From a virus, in the IMG/VR virus record IMGVR_UViG_2883327909_000009, positions 8,628 through 72,627 of that record: DNA of 64,000 bases; one strand, given 5' to 3'. Under the pieces are notes generated by a model. The model did no database searches. It had not been told where the DNA came from and saw only the letters and a program-made list of their open reading frames with translations. This document shows positions 27,045-36,246 of the stretch, piece by piece (the stretch's first letter is position 1; every line of letters begins with the position of its first letter). The position numbers and the translations under genes were made by a program.

Positions 27045-27503
27045 TCATACTGGTGTTCCTTCCTGGTTGGCGTTAAGTTGGTAGTGTTCGTCCGGCGACG
27101 GGATGTCAAGGCCGTACTGGATCGCCCAGGCACGGATGCGCTCGACGTAGTCGCTGAATTCCATCGTGGTGAGCTTGGCCGACGAGCCGATCGTGTGCAT
27201 CACTTCGCCGTCCGGTGTGACGACGACCTGCGAGAGCTTGCCGACGTGCTGCTTGAGAAACTCGTGAACGTCATCGGCATCGACCATGTTGCCCGCGTCG
27301 CGGAACATCTCGGTGACGCCGGCCACAACGCAGCCCCAGTAATACCTGTTCTGCTGGCCCGACCGCGTTCGCTTGCGCTCGGCCACCGTGAGGATGAGAT
27401 GCTTGCCCTCGTGCTTGCGGATCGTCGCGGCAACCTTCTCGCTGACGTGCTGGGGCAACCTGCCGTTCTCGACCCGTCCTGTGAACTCGATGCCCTTGGT
27501 CAT
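27045..27503 (-). CDS. NinB/Orf-like phage recombination protein
   Basis: 'KRTRSGQQNRYYWG...SSAKLTTMEFSDYVERI'. Confidence 0.65.
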   Translation of the reverse strand: MTKGIEFTGRVENGRLPQHVSEKVAATIRKHEGKHLILTVAERKRTRSGQQNRYYWGCVVAGVTEMFRDAGNMVDADDVHEFLKQHVGKLSQVVVTPDGEVMHTIGSSAKLTTMEFSDYVERIRAWAIQYGLDIPSPDEHYQLNANQEGTPV

Positions 27504-27640
27504 AAAGTCGAAATGATTAGCAAAATGACATAGATAACCGCCAGGAATGCCGAAATCGTCTTTCCCAATTCATCTCTCGCTGACCATGTGCCGACGGAGT
27601 AGATGGCGATTATGATTGCATAAAATTGCTGATCGGTCAT
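27500..27640 (-). CDS. 46-aa two-TM membrane protein (not in ORF track)
   Basis: ATGA overlaps at both ends; two hydrophobic stretches. Confidence 0.65.
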   Translation of the reverse strand: MTDQQFYAIIIAIYSVGTWSARDELGKTISAFLAVIYVILLIISTL

Positions 27641-28602
27641 GCTGCCGTACTCCCCACCCGTGTGTTCAGATCAGACCTGAGCCGCTCCATTTTCTTCTTG
27701 AGCTCCAGGGCGTCGGTCGAAGCGTTCGCCCAGTATTGCTGGAGGCTGCGGACGTTTTGGTCTTTCCAGAAGTCGAAAGCCTCAACGCTATCGAAGGCAC
27801 CGACATACTCCATAACCCGGTCGGCGAACTTACCGAGGGGTACGAGCTGCAACCCCTCCGACATCTCGAAGATGGCCGGAATTGTGTCGTTTGAGGCGAT
27901 CCGTTTGAGGCGTTCCTCCTTCTCGAATGCTTCTACCGCCTCAGTAGCTGACATGTCGAGGTACACTTTCGCCATCTCCTCTTGGACGTACAGCCCGCTC
28001 ATGTCTTCCGGCCAGCCCCGCCGCAGCGCCTGGGCTTCGGCGCATTTGCCCAGCATGACGTGGGGCATATTCTTCCAGTTGCCGTCTTTCAGCAACTTCT
28101 TCCCCTTCGGCACCCGCTTCTTCTTCGGTTTGCCAGTGTCTTCCCACACGTCACCCGTGTCGATCCAATCGAACGCGGCGTAATCCAATGGCGCGAATTC
28201 GTCCCAGCGAGCTTCCCCCGCAACGGGATACCATTGCTTATCTGGTCCGTATTTGAACACCTTCACCACGGCGCGCACCAGGCCTGCCGGATTCGTCTCA
28301 GGGTCTTTGGCGGCTGGATCAAACTCGAATCGGGTCTCTTCCTCCGCCGGGCGGTAATCGCCGCATCGCTGTGCCTTGGCGCGGTAGCCGTCGATGCTCG
28401 TGACGATGACGAGTTGCCGCTTGTCGGGCTTGTCCTTGTTGTAAACTTGGGCAAAAATCTGCTTTTTGAACGGATCGAGCCCCTGTTGCTTGCAAATCTC
28501 GATGAAGAGGTTGAATTCGTCTGTGTTGCAGTCTTTTGCTACCGTGTGCTTGATTAGCGTGAGTTGTGGTGCGGTGTACCCGCGTTGAGCGATCTCGTTC
28601 AT
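27637..28602 (-). CDS. bet: Bet/RecT-family single-strand annealing protein
   Basis: 'DEFNLFIEICKQQGLDPFKKQI...SIDGYR...PHVMLGKCAEAQALRRGWP'. Confidence 0.9.
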   Translation of the reverse strand: MNEIAQRGYTAPQLTLIKHTVAKDCNTDEFNLFIEICKQQGLDPFKKQIFAQVYNKDKPDKRQLVIVTSIDGYRAKAQRCGDYRPAEEETRFEFDPAAKDPETNPAGLVRAVVKVFKYGPDKQWYPVAGEARWDEFAPLDYAAFDWIDTGDVWEDTGKPKKKRVPKGKKLLKDGNWKNMPHVMLGKCAEAQALRRGWPEDMSGLYVQEEMAKVYLDMSATEAVEAFEKEERLKRIASNDTIPAIFEMSEGLQLVPLGKFADRVMEYVGAFDSVEAFDFWKDQNVRSLQQYWANASTDALELKKKMERLRSDLNTRVGSTAA

Positions 28603-29132
28603 TACTTCCTCCTGATTGTCAGCGAAATGGTACCGTTACCGAGCGACACCCCCTCCAGCACCTCCCCGTCTTGAAGCACGGCTTCACGGACGGCTTTCTT
28701 GTCGAGCTTGGGCGGCTGCGGAATGAAGAACCTTGACGGGAGGGCCGACTCGTCGGTGACGACGATATCGGGTTTCTTCGAGGAAACGCTCAATGTCAAA
28801 CACGGCGATGGGATGGTCTTCTCGCTGCGGATATCCATGCACTGTAGCACGATGGTGCGGAGTGCCTCAGCGGAGTGCAGCAGCCGCTGCTTGCGAGATT
28901 GCAGTTCCTTTATCCTCGCCTCTACTGCCTCGGCCTGGTGCTCCCGCTCGACCGCTTCCTCGGCCAGCTCCAAACACAATGCCTTGAAGTCATCGCACTC
29001 GTTCAGGCCGTCCGACAAGTCACTGAAATCGGCCGATTCTTGCGTGTAGCGAAGATCGCGCAGTTGCTTAATTTTTGAACGGATCGTCACCGTCTCTTCA
29101 GTCATAAGCGTTCTCTCTACGTTTGGCTGCAT
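28602..29132 (-). CDS. Gp157-like phage protein
   Basis: coiled coil 'EARIKELQSRKQRL' and C-terminal 'PKLDKKAVREA...GVSL'. Confidence 0.8.
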   Translation of the reverse strand: MQPNVERTLMTEETVTIRSKIKQLRDLRYTQESADFSDLSDGLNECDDFKALCLELAEEAVEREHQAEAVEARIKELQSRKQRLLHSAEALRTIVLQCMDIRSEKTIPSPCLTLSVSSKKPDIVVTDESALPSRFFIPQPPKLDKKAVREAVLQDGEVLEGVSLGNGTISLTIRRK

Positions 29133-29134
29133 TG

Positions 29135-29284
29135 TCACAGATGCTTCCACATGTCCAAGTGAAGGAGGAGGAGCACCACGCAAGGCGCCGCGACAAGTGC
29201 GAACATGCCCAGGACTTCGAGGCAATACCTGAGAAACAGGGCTATCGATTCGAGTGTGGTAGAGACGGGTTTTGAGATGTGCAT
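29135..29284 (-). CDS. 49-aa membrane peptide (not in ORF track)
   Basis: AGGAGG RBS; single long hydrophobic helix. Confidence 0.55.
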   Translation of the reverse strand: MHISKPVSTTLESIALFLRYCLEVLGMFALVAAPCVVLLLLHLDMWKHL

Positions 29285-29292
29285 AAATCCTC

Positions 29293-29640
29293 CTATGCTG
29301 CGTTGAGACGATTAGCCGCCAGTTCGGCTGCCCGGCGAACTTCGAATTGCAACTGCCAGCGGGATTTCCAAAGGCCGATGTACCGTCCTGCATCCGAGAG
29401 CCGCGAAGAAATCCGCGACATATCATCGAACAACATGTCCGACACGGCATCATGGAGCTGGGCTTCCAGGTCGATCCAATTCTGCTCCGTGAGCGGGGAC
29501 TTAATGCCATCCGGGCATTCGTCCTGGTAGCGGGCAACGCACGCGACCATCGCGTCCACGCAATTCTTGAGCTGCCCGTTCAGGTAGAATTGGTAGCTGA
29601 CGGCTTCCTCGTCGGTCATTGAGTTTGAAGTGTTCGTCAT
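29293..29640 (-). CDS. phage hypothetical protein, first gene of leftward operon
   Basis: AGGAG RBS; 115 aa. Confidence 0.6.
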   Translation of the reverse strand: MTNTSNSMTDEEAVSYQFYLNGQLKNCVDAMVACVARYQDECPDGIKSPLTEQNWIDLEAQLHDAVSDMLFDDMSRISSRLSDAGRYIGLWKSRWQLQFEVRRAAELAANRLNAA

Positions 29641-29651
29641 AAAATCTCCTG

Positions 29652-29739
29652 TTGACTTGTTTTTATGTACAGTGTAACTATTGGGTACACTAAAGGAACA
29701 AATACAGTCCGTCAAGCGGAAAGTTACACAAAAGGTACA
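29652..29739. promoter_or_regulatory. divergent control region with 15-bp direct repeats
   Basis: leftward TTGACG-17-TAGTGT; repeats TACACTAAAGGAACA (29686) and TACACAAAAGGTACA (29725). Confidence 0.5.
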
Positions 29740-29745
29740 TGCACT

Positions 29746-29877
29746 ATGGCTAAGAAGCATTTCTCTATACCAGACAATATATTAGAGTGGCTGGAAAAGG
29801 AAGCAAAAGCCGCAGGAATGCGTCGGAGCCAATTTTTGGCACACCTGCTCATGAATATTATGCAGGCTCGCAAATGA
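29746..29877 (+). CDS. ribbon-helix-helix (Arc/CopG-like) regulator, 43 aa
   Basis: 'KHFSIPDNILEWLEKEAKAAGMRRSQFLAHLL'. Confidence 0.75.
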   Translation: MAKKHFSIPDNILEWLEKEAKAAGMRRSQFLAHLLMNIMQARK

Positions 29878-30257
29878 GCGGCCTTCTGTACACGATAACT
29901 TGTATAGCCAATAATCGGCTATATGTCGGATGCACAACATACTTTCCGGCTAGAAAGAAGGCTCACTTGTACCATCTGCGGAAGGGGACACATGTAAATA
30001 AAGAGATGCAATCTGACTATGCCAGCTACGGGGAAGGTGCTTTTGTATTTGACGAGATCAAATACACCTCCGCATATATGGCGGAGATAAAACTAATACG
30101 GAAATATGCGAAAACGCATTTGCTGTATAACATCAACGGCCTTGGGTTTTCAACGAAAGGCATCAACAAAGATCGGATGAAGGCTCATTGGGAAAGAAAA
30201 TTTAGGCATGATGCCCAGTCGCGAGCAAGGAAGGCCAACTCAGATCACAACTTTTAG
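29874..30257 (+). CDS. GIY-YIG endonuclease-like protein
   Basis: 'LLYTITC...LYVGCT...RKKAH...H.NKEMQSDY..YG..AF.F...E'. Confidence 0.75.
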   Translation: MSGLLYTITCIANNRLYVGCTTYFPARKKAHLYHLRKGTHVNKEMQSDYASYGEGAFVFDEIKYTSAYMAEIKLIRKYAKTHLLYNINGLGFSTKGINKDRMKAHWERKFRHDAQSRARKANSDHNF

Positions 30258-30385
30258 GGAGTAGCTGGGTGCGCCAGCTCATCATCCGCACGGTTGAGGC
30301 CGAACTGGAGAAAGCGTGACGGCCGTTAACGACTTGTAAATGAATTGATGGTATATCCTGGCGGCAACGATTCAGGGAGGAATTC

Positions 30386-30646
30386 ATGCAGCCAGCCGCA
30401 CCCAAGCCATCACCGAAGAACAGCTCCATCGAGTTGGTCAAGAAGCACATCCAGGACAGATCACCGAACCGGCCGCACTGGACGCAAGTCAAGCTTAGCG
30501 ACGAGATCGAGGCACTCTGTGCCGTGCTCGACCATTTCAACTCCCTGCACTTCTCCGACCGCGACCGCCTAGCCAAGAAGATCGACCCGAACCACGGGCG
30601 GCTCATCCACCAGCCGGAGCATAAGGGCGGATACGATGCCGCGTAG
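30386..30646 (+). CDS. phage hypothetical protein
   Basis: GGAGG RBS. Confidence 0.6.
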   Translation: MQPAAPKPSPKNSSIELVKKHIQDRSPNRPHWTQVKLSDEIEALCAVLDHFNSLHFSDRDRLAKKIDPNHGRLIHQPEHKGGYDAA

Positions 30647-30986
30647 CCGGGCCAGTTGGGGGCGGAAGGGCAAATACAACAACACCCGCACTTGCGTTGA
30701 CGGCCTCTGGTTCGACAGCAAACTGGAAGCCGCGCGCTGGCAGGAACTGCTGCTGCTCCAGAAGGCCGGTGAAATCATCGACCTCCGCCGCCAGGTGCCC
30801 TACCGCCTGGACGTGAACGGCATGCTCATCTGTCGGATTGTACCGGACTTTCAATACGTCGATAAGCGAACCGGAACGCAGGTTGTTGAAGATACGAAGG
30901 GAATTGTGACCGCCGATTGCGCAATCAAATTGAAGCTCTTGAAAGCCATCCACGGCATCGACGTGCAACTCGTGAGGAAGAAATGA
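30636..30986 (+). CDS. DUF1064-like phage nuclease
   Basis: 'KYNN...VDG..FDSKLEA.RW.EL...QVPY...PDFQY...VVEDTKG'. Confidence 0.85.
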   Translation: MPRSRASWGRKGKYNNTRTCVDGLWFDSKLEAARWQELLLLQKAGEIIDLRRQVPYRLDVNGMLICRIVPDFQYVDKRTGTQVVEDTKGIVTADCAIKLKLLKAIHGIDVQLVRKK

Positions 30987-31444
30987 CCGAAGAACAATCC
31001 CCCTTGTACAAAATGCGGTTCGAAATCGAGCTCGTCGAACTCATCGAGCGGGGGCATACCCCTCAGCAGGTCGCCGCTCAGCTCGCCGTTTCGGAATACA
31101 CCGTCCGGCGCGTGTGTCGGAAGCACCGCGTTACCGTGGAGGCAGAAAAACGCCGTCGCAAGCCCCGGCTGGAGCTCAAGAAGCTGATCCCGAGCAAGAA
31201 GGATGATTTTCTCCCCGTGGGGAAATTGGCTACCGAGAAGCCCGACCCAATCCAAATCGCCAAGGAGTCCCTCATCGACGCCTACTTGCTCAAGCTGACG
31301 AAGCCGATCCTCGACATCCGCGACGACGGCTTCTACCTCCGCGGCAAGCCGGCCAACCTGTCGGACGTGATGAAGGAGACGAACCGGCATCGTATCGGCT
31401 GGGGGCTGGAGCAGGTCGTCACGAACCCGGCGTGGGCGGTGTGA
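30983..31444 (+). CDS. HTH-containing phage protein
   Basis: 'HTPQQVAAQLAVSEYTVRRV'. Confidence 0.6.
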   Translation: MTEEQSPLYKMRFEIELVELIERGHTPQQVAAQLAVSEYTVRRVCRKHRVTVEAEKRRRKPRLELKKLIPSKKDDFLPVGKLATEKPDPIQIAKESLIDAYLLKLTKPILDIRDDGFYLRGKPANLSDVMKETNRHRIGWGLEQVVTNPAWAV

Positions 31445-31600
31445 AGAAAGTGGTTGCGGTAACGCATGACTTATGGTTTGACTTGGGCAGAGGGGAAGGC
31501 CGGTGTTGCAACGCCGAGTCTCAAATTAAATCCTTGTCCGATTCTAACCTTGAGCGCCCTTCCCCGCCTCGGTTCCGCGGGCGAGTAAGGACAAGGTATT

Positions 31601-32440
31601 ATGGCAGAAAACAATCAGTGGTATCCGTTTTACACAGGCGACTACGCCCGCAAGACGGCTCACCTGTCCCTGCTTGAGCACGGAGCCTACCGTCTCCTTC
31701 TCGATCACTACTACGCCACCGGCATTCCCCTCCCGAACGACCATGCCAAGCTCTTCCGAATTTGTCGGGCGAGGACACCATCCGAACGCCAAAGTGTGCT
31801 GTCGGCGGCGAGCGAATTCTTTATCGAAGATGGAACGCTGTTGCGTTCAAAAAGATGCGACCGAGAAATCGCCAAGCGGTTGAGATTCAAAGATTCACAA
31901 ACTGCCAAGGCAAACATCCGGCACTCCCGCGGCACTCCCGCGGCACATGCCGAGGTGCGTGCCGAAACCATGCCTACTACAACCACAACCACAGATAATA
32001 AGGGTAAGAAACCCTTATTATATTCAGGCGAGTTTGAAATCTTCTGGAGTGCCTATCCCGACCGAGCTGGAAGCAAGAAAGAAGCGTTTAAGTCCTATAC
32101 CGATTCACTAAAAATTGAAGGAGTTACCAATGAAACCATTATCCGAAGTGTTGAAAGATATTCCCGCTACCTTGCTGCAACAGGATACACGGCTGCCCAC
32201 GCAACAACTTGGCTTAACCAGCATCGCTGGGAAGGCGACTACTCCATACCAAACCAACCATTTAGACTCTATGGCTCAGGAAACGGGATACCCGTTGACC
32301 GTAGAGACGCAGCAACCCGTGCAAGAGACGAGGGAGTGGCCCTCATCGAAAAGCGAAACAGATTGGCGATGCAGGCCGATCAATCAGACGCTCCAGGGGC
32401 AGAACGAACTCACAACCATGCTCTTCCAAACCTACGCTAG
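31601..32440 (+). CDS. DUF1376/YdaU-like replication initiator
   Basis: 'WYPFYTGDY...T.HLS..EHGAY..LLD.YY'; C-terminal 'HATTWLNQHRW'. Confidence 0.85.
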   Translation: MAENNQWYPFYTGDYARKTAHLSLLEHGAYRLLLDHYYATGIPLPNDHAKLFRICRARTPSERQSVLSAASEFFIEDGTLLRSKRCDREIAKRLRFKDSQTAKANIRHSRGTPAAHAEVRAETMPTTTTTTDNKGKKPLLYSGEFEIFWSAYPDRAGSKKEAFKSYTDSLKIEGVTNETIIRSVERYSRYLAATGYTAAHATTWLNQHRWEGDYSIPNQPFRLYGSGNGIPVDRRDAATRARDEGVALIEKRNRLAMQADQSDAPGAERTHNHALPNLR

Positions 32441-32747
32441 CCAAAAGAGCTACGGCGACAAGGCTGAGATGATGGAGTTCAAGGATAGCATGTTCCAACT
32501 CGTCTTGGGCAAATACCAGTTTGCCGACGTTAAACAAGCATTTATCGATCACGTCAGCCGAAAAGCAGATTTACCTACCCCGTCCGACATCGTGAACATC
32601 ATCGACCCTCCCAAGGAAAAGTTATCGCAGGCAGTCTACATCGACATTAAACGGCGAATGGCGATGCCAAACGAGTATGTTCCCGATTACGAGAAGAAGT
32701 ATTGCCGCGAATTCGAGGCTCAAGAACTGGCGAAGATTGGAGATTGA
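32130..32747 (+). CDS. putative helicase loader (lambda P/G39P-like C-terminus)
   Basis: AAGGAG RBS at 32130; 'YQFADVKQAFIDHV..K..LPTPSDI'; start uncertain. Confidence 0.55.
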   Translation: MKPLSEVLKDIPATLLQQDTRLPTQQLGLTSIAGKATTPYQTNHLDSMAQETGYPLTVETQQPVQETREWPSSKSETDWRCRPINQTLQGQNELTTMLFQTYASQKSYGDKAEMMEFKDSMFQLVLGKYQFADVKQAFIDHVSRKADLPTPSDIVNIIDPPKEKLSQAVYIDIKRRMAMPNEYVPDYEKKYCREFEAQELAKIGD

Positions 32748-32748
32748 C

Positions 32749-33126
32749 ATGATTGACGACAACCTACTGGAGAAGTGCCGCAACATCGTCCGAGCGACCG
32801 TCAGCAATGCTGTCTACGCGGTTGCCGCCTTGACAGACGATGAGTTGATTCAGGTAACAGCGCTGGCGTGGCTTGGCCGAGAGTTCAGCAAAGAGTGGGG
32901 TGAGGCGGCTTCCAAGATGTACGAGAAGCTTCTCCTCGAAGCCAGAGCTAAGCATGACCACGCGAGCATCGAGTACCTGGTTGCCAAAAACAACGTCTTG
33001 CAAGCTTACATCGGTCGCGGCCTCGATCTACTCGGGTTAGACGTGTTCGATTACGACAAGGCCATGAGGATCGCGCAGGAGAAATCCGCATTTAGCAAAC
33101 CACCAACCGAAGGAGCCTATCAATGA
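32749..33126 (+). CDS. phage hypothetical protein
   Basis: GGAG RBS, co-oriented. Confidence 0.55.
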   Translation: MIDDNLLEKCRNIVRATVSNAVYAVAALTDDELIQVTALAWLGREFSKEWGEAASKMYEKLLLEARAKHDHASIEYLVAKNNVLQAYIGRGLDLLGLDVFDYDKAMRIAQEKSAFSKPPTEGAYQ

Positions 33127-33413
33127 CCGCGTTAGACTTTATGAGCAACAGCCCGTACCTCGCGCTCTTCCGTTTCTGGCTGATTTTGAGGATAGTTACC
33201 GGGATCGCGCTTGCTCAGATTCGTCACCTGAATATCCGTTTGGCGGGATGGCCACCCGCGCACCTCGACGCAGATGGCGATTTCGAATGGCAGCCACCAT
33301 CTGACCGCCAGAACATCGCTAGAATGTCGCAAGATGACGATTCATCGGACAACGAAGCGATCAAAGAACGCCACAGTAAAGCCGGATTAGGAAAAAATGA
33401 ACGAATCAGTTGA
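33123..33413 (+). CDS. phage membrane protein
   Basis: ATGA overlap; TM helix; 'GWPPAHLDADGDF'. Confidence 0.55.
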   Translation: MTALDFMSNSPYLALFRFWLILRIVTGIALAQIRHLNIRLAGWPPAHLDADGDFEWQPPSDRQNIARMSQDDDSSDNEAIKERHSKAGLGKNERIS

Positions 33414-33645
33414 AGCAACTCTCAGCTACTACGACCGTGGCCACTTGGCGGCGAATGACGTGTTGAGCGTGCTCTGCAAACATCTCGTGGATATCCCAAG
33501 CGATTTCGAACGGACTTATTTTGCCCTCATCCAGCACCGGAACCCGGAGATCAACATTTTGGCCGGCCGCCTGAATTTGTTTTTCGAATCATATCAAAGC
33601 GAACACCTCGAATCATCACATCAACCAAAGGAGACCACATCCTGA
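33397..33645 (+). CDS. hypothetical protein
   Basis: 82 aa, overlaps upstream gene. Confidence 0.45.
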   Translation: MNESVEATLSYYDRGHLAANDVLSVLCKHLVDIPSDFERTYFALIQHRNPEINILAGRLNLFFESYQSEHLESSHQPKETTS

Positions 33646-34282
33646 CCTGGATTTATCTGCTACTCGGCGGCATCGTTGCCTACCTGATTCTCGCAATCTC
33701 CCTCGTGTTCGCTTTCGCGTGGGCGTTGGACCGTACAAATGGGGAGGAGGGGTTGTGAACGCAATCGAGAGCTGGGCCTCGGCGCGATCAAAGCATAATC
33801 TTCCCGTTCGGGAACAAAACGCCCTCATTGATGCTAATACTTCCCGAATGTTACCGAGCGGGATGAATGTCCGGAATTGACGAGAAGAATCAAAGGCATG
33901 CTCCGAAGTGCCGAGACCCAAACCGTCGCGTCTCTCAGGGCGAGGTTGTGAGCTTCGGAAGAATCGTTTCGGACTCGGGCTTCGGGGCTTTCTCATGCTT
34001 CTTTTCCGGCACAGGCGCGGGTGGGGTTGGCACGAAGCCCTGCTTTGTCTCGGGCGTTACGGACTGAGTTGCCGGCGGCGTTGGTAACTTGGTCGTCGGG
34101 ACCGGGGGTGGCACCGGCGGCGTAGAATCTTTCACAGGCGCAGGCGTTGGCGGTCCCGGCCTGAGCGGTGAACGTATAGGCCACCTTGGTGAGTATGCTG
34201 TCCAGGCAGAGCTGGAGACGGTGGAGAGCGTCAAAGGAGCGAAGAAGCTTGTAAAGTGCGCAATTGAAGAAGCAGTGCCATT

Positions 34283-35572
34283 TTAATCGATACTTAATTC
34301 AACTTTAGGTCGTGCTTTTCTATAGTTCTCTATCAACTCAGGTTTAAATTGTTTGCTCTTTATGAACAATCTCTTTAATTTTGGAGCCGCAATTAGCATT
34401 TCTAGTCCTTTCTCAGGAATTGTCGCATTGGAAATGTCTAGTGAGTCTAACTCTGCAAAGTGACACAACTGGTCAAATGACTTTTCAGTGAGTGTGGCAT
34501 TGCCAAGCCGCAAGAAGTGCAGGCCGCGCAAGCTTGCGAGAATCGGTATCGAGTCGTCGGCGACCTCTGCACTTGTAAAACCAATGAAGTCCAAGTTCGG
34601 AGCTGCGGAAACGATATCTTTAATTCCCGAAATGTTTATCGGACAACCATACAGGTACATGCCAGTTAGTTTCAGAAGTGGCCGTACCGACTTGAAACCG
34701 GTGCCCGTAATCTTGTGGCCCTGCAGGCCCAAAGACATAAGGTTACTCAAATTTCCAAGTTGAGATATTCCTGCATCGGTTATCGCGTCACCTTCCAGTG
34801 TAAGAATCACGATGGATTCAATCTTAGAAATGGCTGCGATTCCCAGATCATCGACGCGTACGCCTCTCAGATTAATTTCCCTTAGCTTGCTTAAGCCTGC
34901 CAAGTTCTGAAACCCCTCTCCACTGATCGTGAGCGGTTCTTTTTTGGGGCCTGTTATATCGATACCAGTTAACCCAGTTAGGTTTTTGAGCTCACCAATC
35001 CCTTTGTCGGTGACTACTAGTCCTGCATTTCCAAGCCATAAACGTGCAAGACAGCGAAGTGAATCGAGCTGAGCCATCCCCTTGTCGCTAAGGGGTATTC
35101 CGATCGTCAACTGTGTAACTCCTGCAAGCCGGAGCAGCTTAAGAAAATCAGGGCGAATTCTACCATCGGCATCGAGGTGACGTGGATTGTATATTTCGAT
35201 AGTCAGTTGACTCGGGCCGAAATCGCGACAATCCAACTCGGGGTCTATTATCTTCAATTGCTGTATTGCTTCATCGGCTTTTTTGGCCAATCGCTGAAGT
35301 TCTGGATTGTTATTTACGTCGTACATATACTGGCGCCAGTTGTCATCATAGGGATCGCCGCTTGGAGCCCTTGGTGCTGGCACTTGGGCCTTCGCTTGGG
35401 CCTTCACTTGGGCTTTCGCTTGAACAGGTTGCACAGGCAGGACGTTTGGCCCTATTTGAGGAGGCTTCTCATTGGCTTGGACTCGGCGGGGCATTTCCTG
35501 CTTGGCGTCCCCGTTGCAGCCGAATAGGCAGGTAATCGTAAATAGGCCAAGCCATGTTGAAAGAATACGCAT
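34283..35572 (-). CDS. leucine-rich-repeat putative lipoprotein (moron)
   Basis: 'LFGC' lipobox-like end of signal; repeated LxxLxL...ITDxGxxxL units; AT-richer, opposite strand. Confidence 0.85.
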   Translation of the reverse strand: MRILSTWLGLFTITCLFGCNGDAKQEMPRRVQANEKPPQIGPNVLPVQPVQAKAQVKAQAKAQVPAPRAPSGDPYDDNWRQYMYDVNNNPELQRLAKKADEAIQQLKIIDPELDCRDFGPSQLTIEIYNPRHLDADGRIRPDFLKLLRLAGVTQLTIGIPLSDKGMAQLDSLRCLARLWLGNAGLVVTDKGIGELKNLTGLTGIDITGPKKEPLTISGEGFQNLAGLSKLREINLRGVRVDDLGIAAISKIESIVILTLEGDAITDAGISQLGNLSNLMSLGLQGHKITGTGFKSVRPLLKLTGMYLYGCPINISGIKDIVSAAPNLDFIGFTSAEVADDSIPILASLRGLHFLRLGNATLTEKSFDQLCHFAELDSLDISNATIPEKGLEMLIAAPKLKRLFIKSKQFKPELIENYRKARPKVELSID

Positions 35573-35769
35573 GGCAAACTCCAATCGAGGTATTAGGTTC
35601 TGCCGATTCTGTTGCGGTCTCAGAAGTGGCAATTTCCCCTTTCCTCAACATAGCATTTTATTTTCCCGATAACTTCTGAACAAATGTGCTTTTGCTCTTC
35701 TATCACTCACCTCAGTTAACTGAAACTTAACCCAAGCCGTGCTACCCTCCCGCGAACCAGGGAGGGTGC

Positions 35770-36246
35770 ATGCGTTACGAAGAACGAATCGAGCCGACGC
35801 CGGAAATGCTCGCAAAGGGCACGGTCATCATCCACCGGGACTCAGACGGCAACTTCCTCTCCGCAGAACCACGGCACATCACAATCCTGCAATGGCTCGA
35901 CGACATGCGGCTCCTGTCGCCGGAGTGCGTGTGGGCGGCGCACCGGTACATGGCCTGCCAGCACGCCTACGAGCGGCGCATCCGGGGCAAAGGCACATTC
36001 CTCGACCGGAGCGTCGGGGAGGGTGAGGGTGATCCATTCGAGCCGACGATGGCAGATGATTACTTGAAGATGGTGCGACGGCTTACGCGGGATGATGCCT
36101 CGGATATCGACCGAGTTTGTCTTACCTATTTCCTGGTAAGCAGCCGGTCGATGCTGTTTTCGCAACGTAAGCGCTTCCAGGAAGTCTTTGAAAAACTGGC
36201 GGCAGCGGTGGAAGCTGTGCATGATTCACGGGTGAGAGAAAACTAA
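35770..36246 (+). CDS. phage protein, possible late-gene regulator
   Basis: position just upstream of terminase leader; function inferred from synteny only. Confidence 0.5.
   Translation: MRYEERIEPTPEMLAKGTVIIHRDSDGNFLSAEPRHITILQWLDDMRLLSPECVWAAHRYMACQHAYERRIRGKGTFLDRSVGEGEGDPFEPTMADDYLKMVRRLTRDDASDIDRVCLTYFLVSSRSMLFSQRKRFQEVFEKLAAAVEAVHDSRVREN

Larger units (their letters stand above)
25878..27048 (-). pseudogene. small phage gene (about 86 aa) split by IS5
   Basis: removing the IS and one TTA gives MTASIKRLGRNREAIVNLLGKGLELHRFFKEG...; ATGA overlap with ninB-like stop. Confidence 0.75.

Noticed and set aside
33650-34285. Pro-rich minus ORF 33935-34234 and short plus-strand peptides
   Set aside because: No convincing starts; frames look degenerate, so no product could be supported
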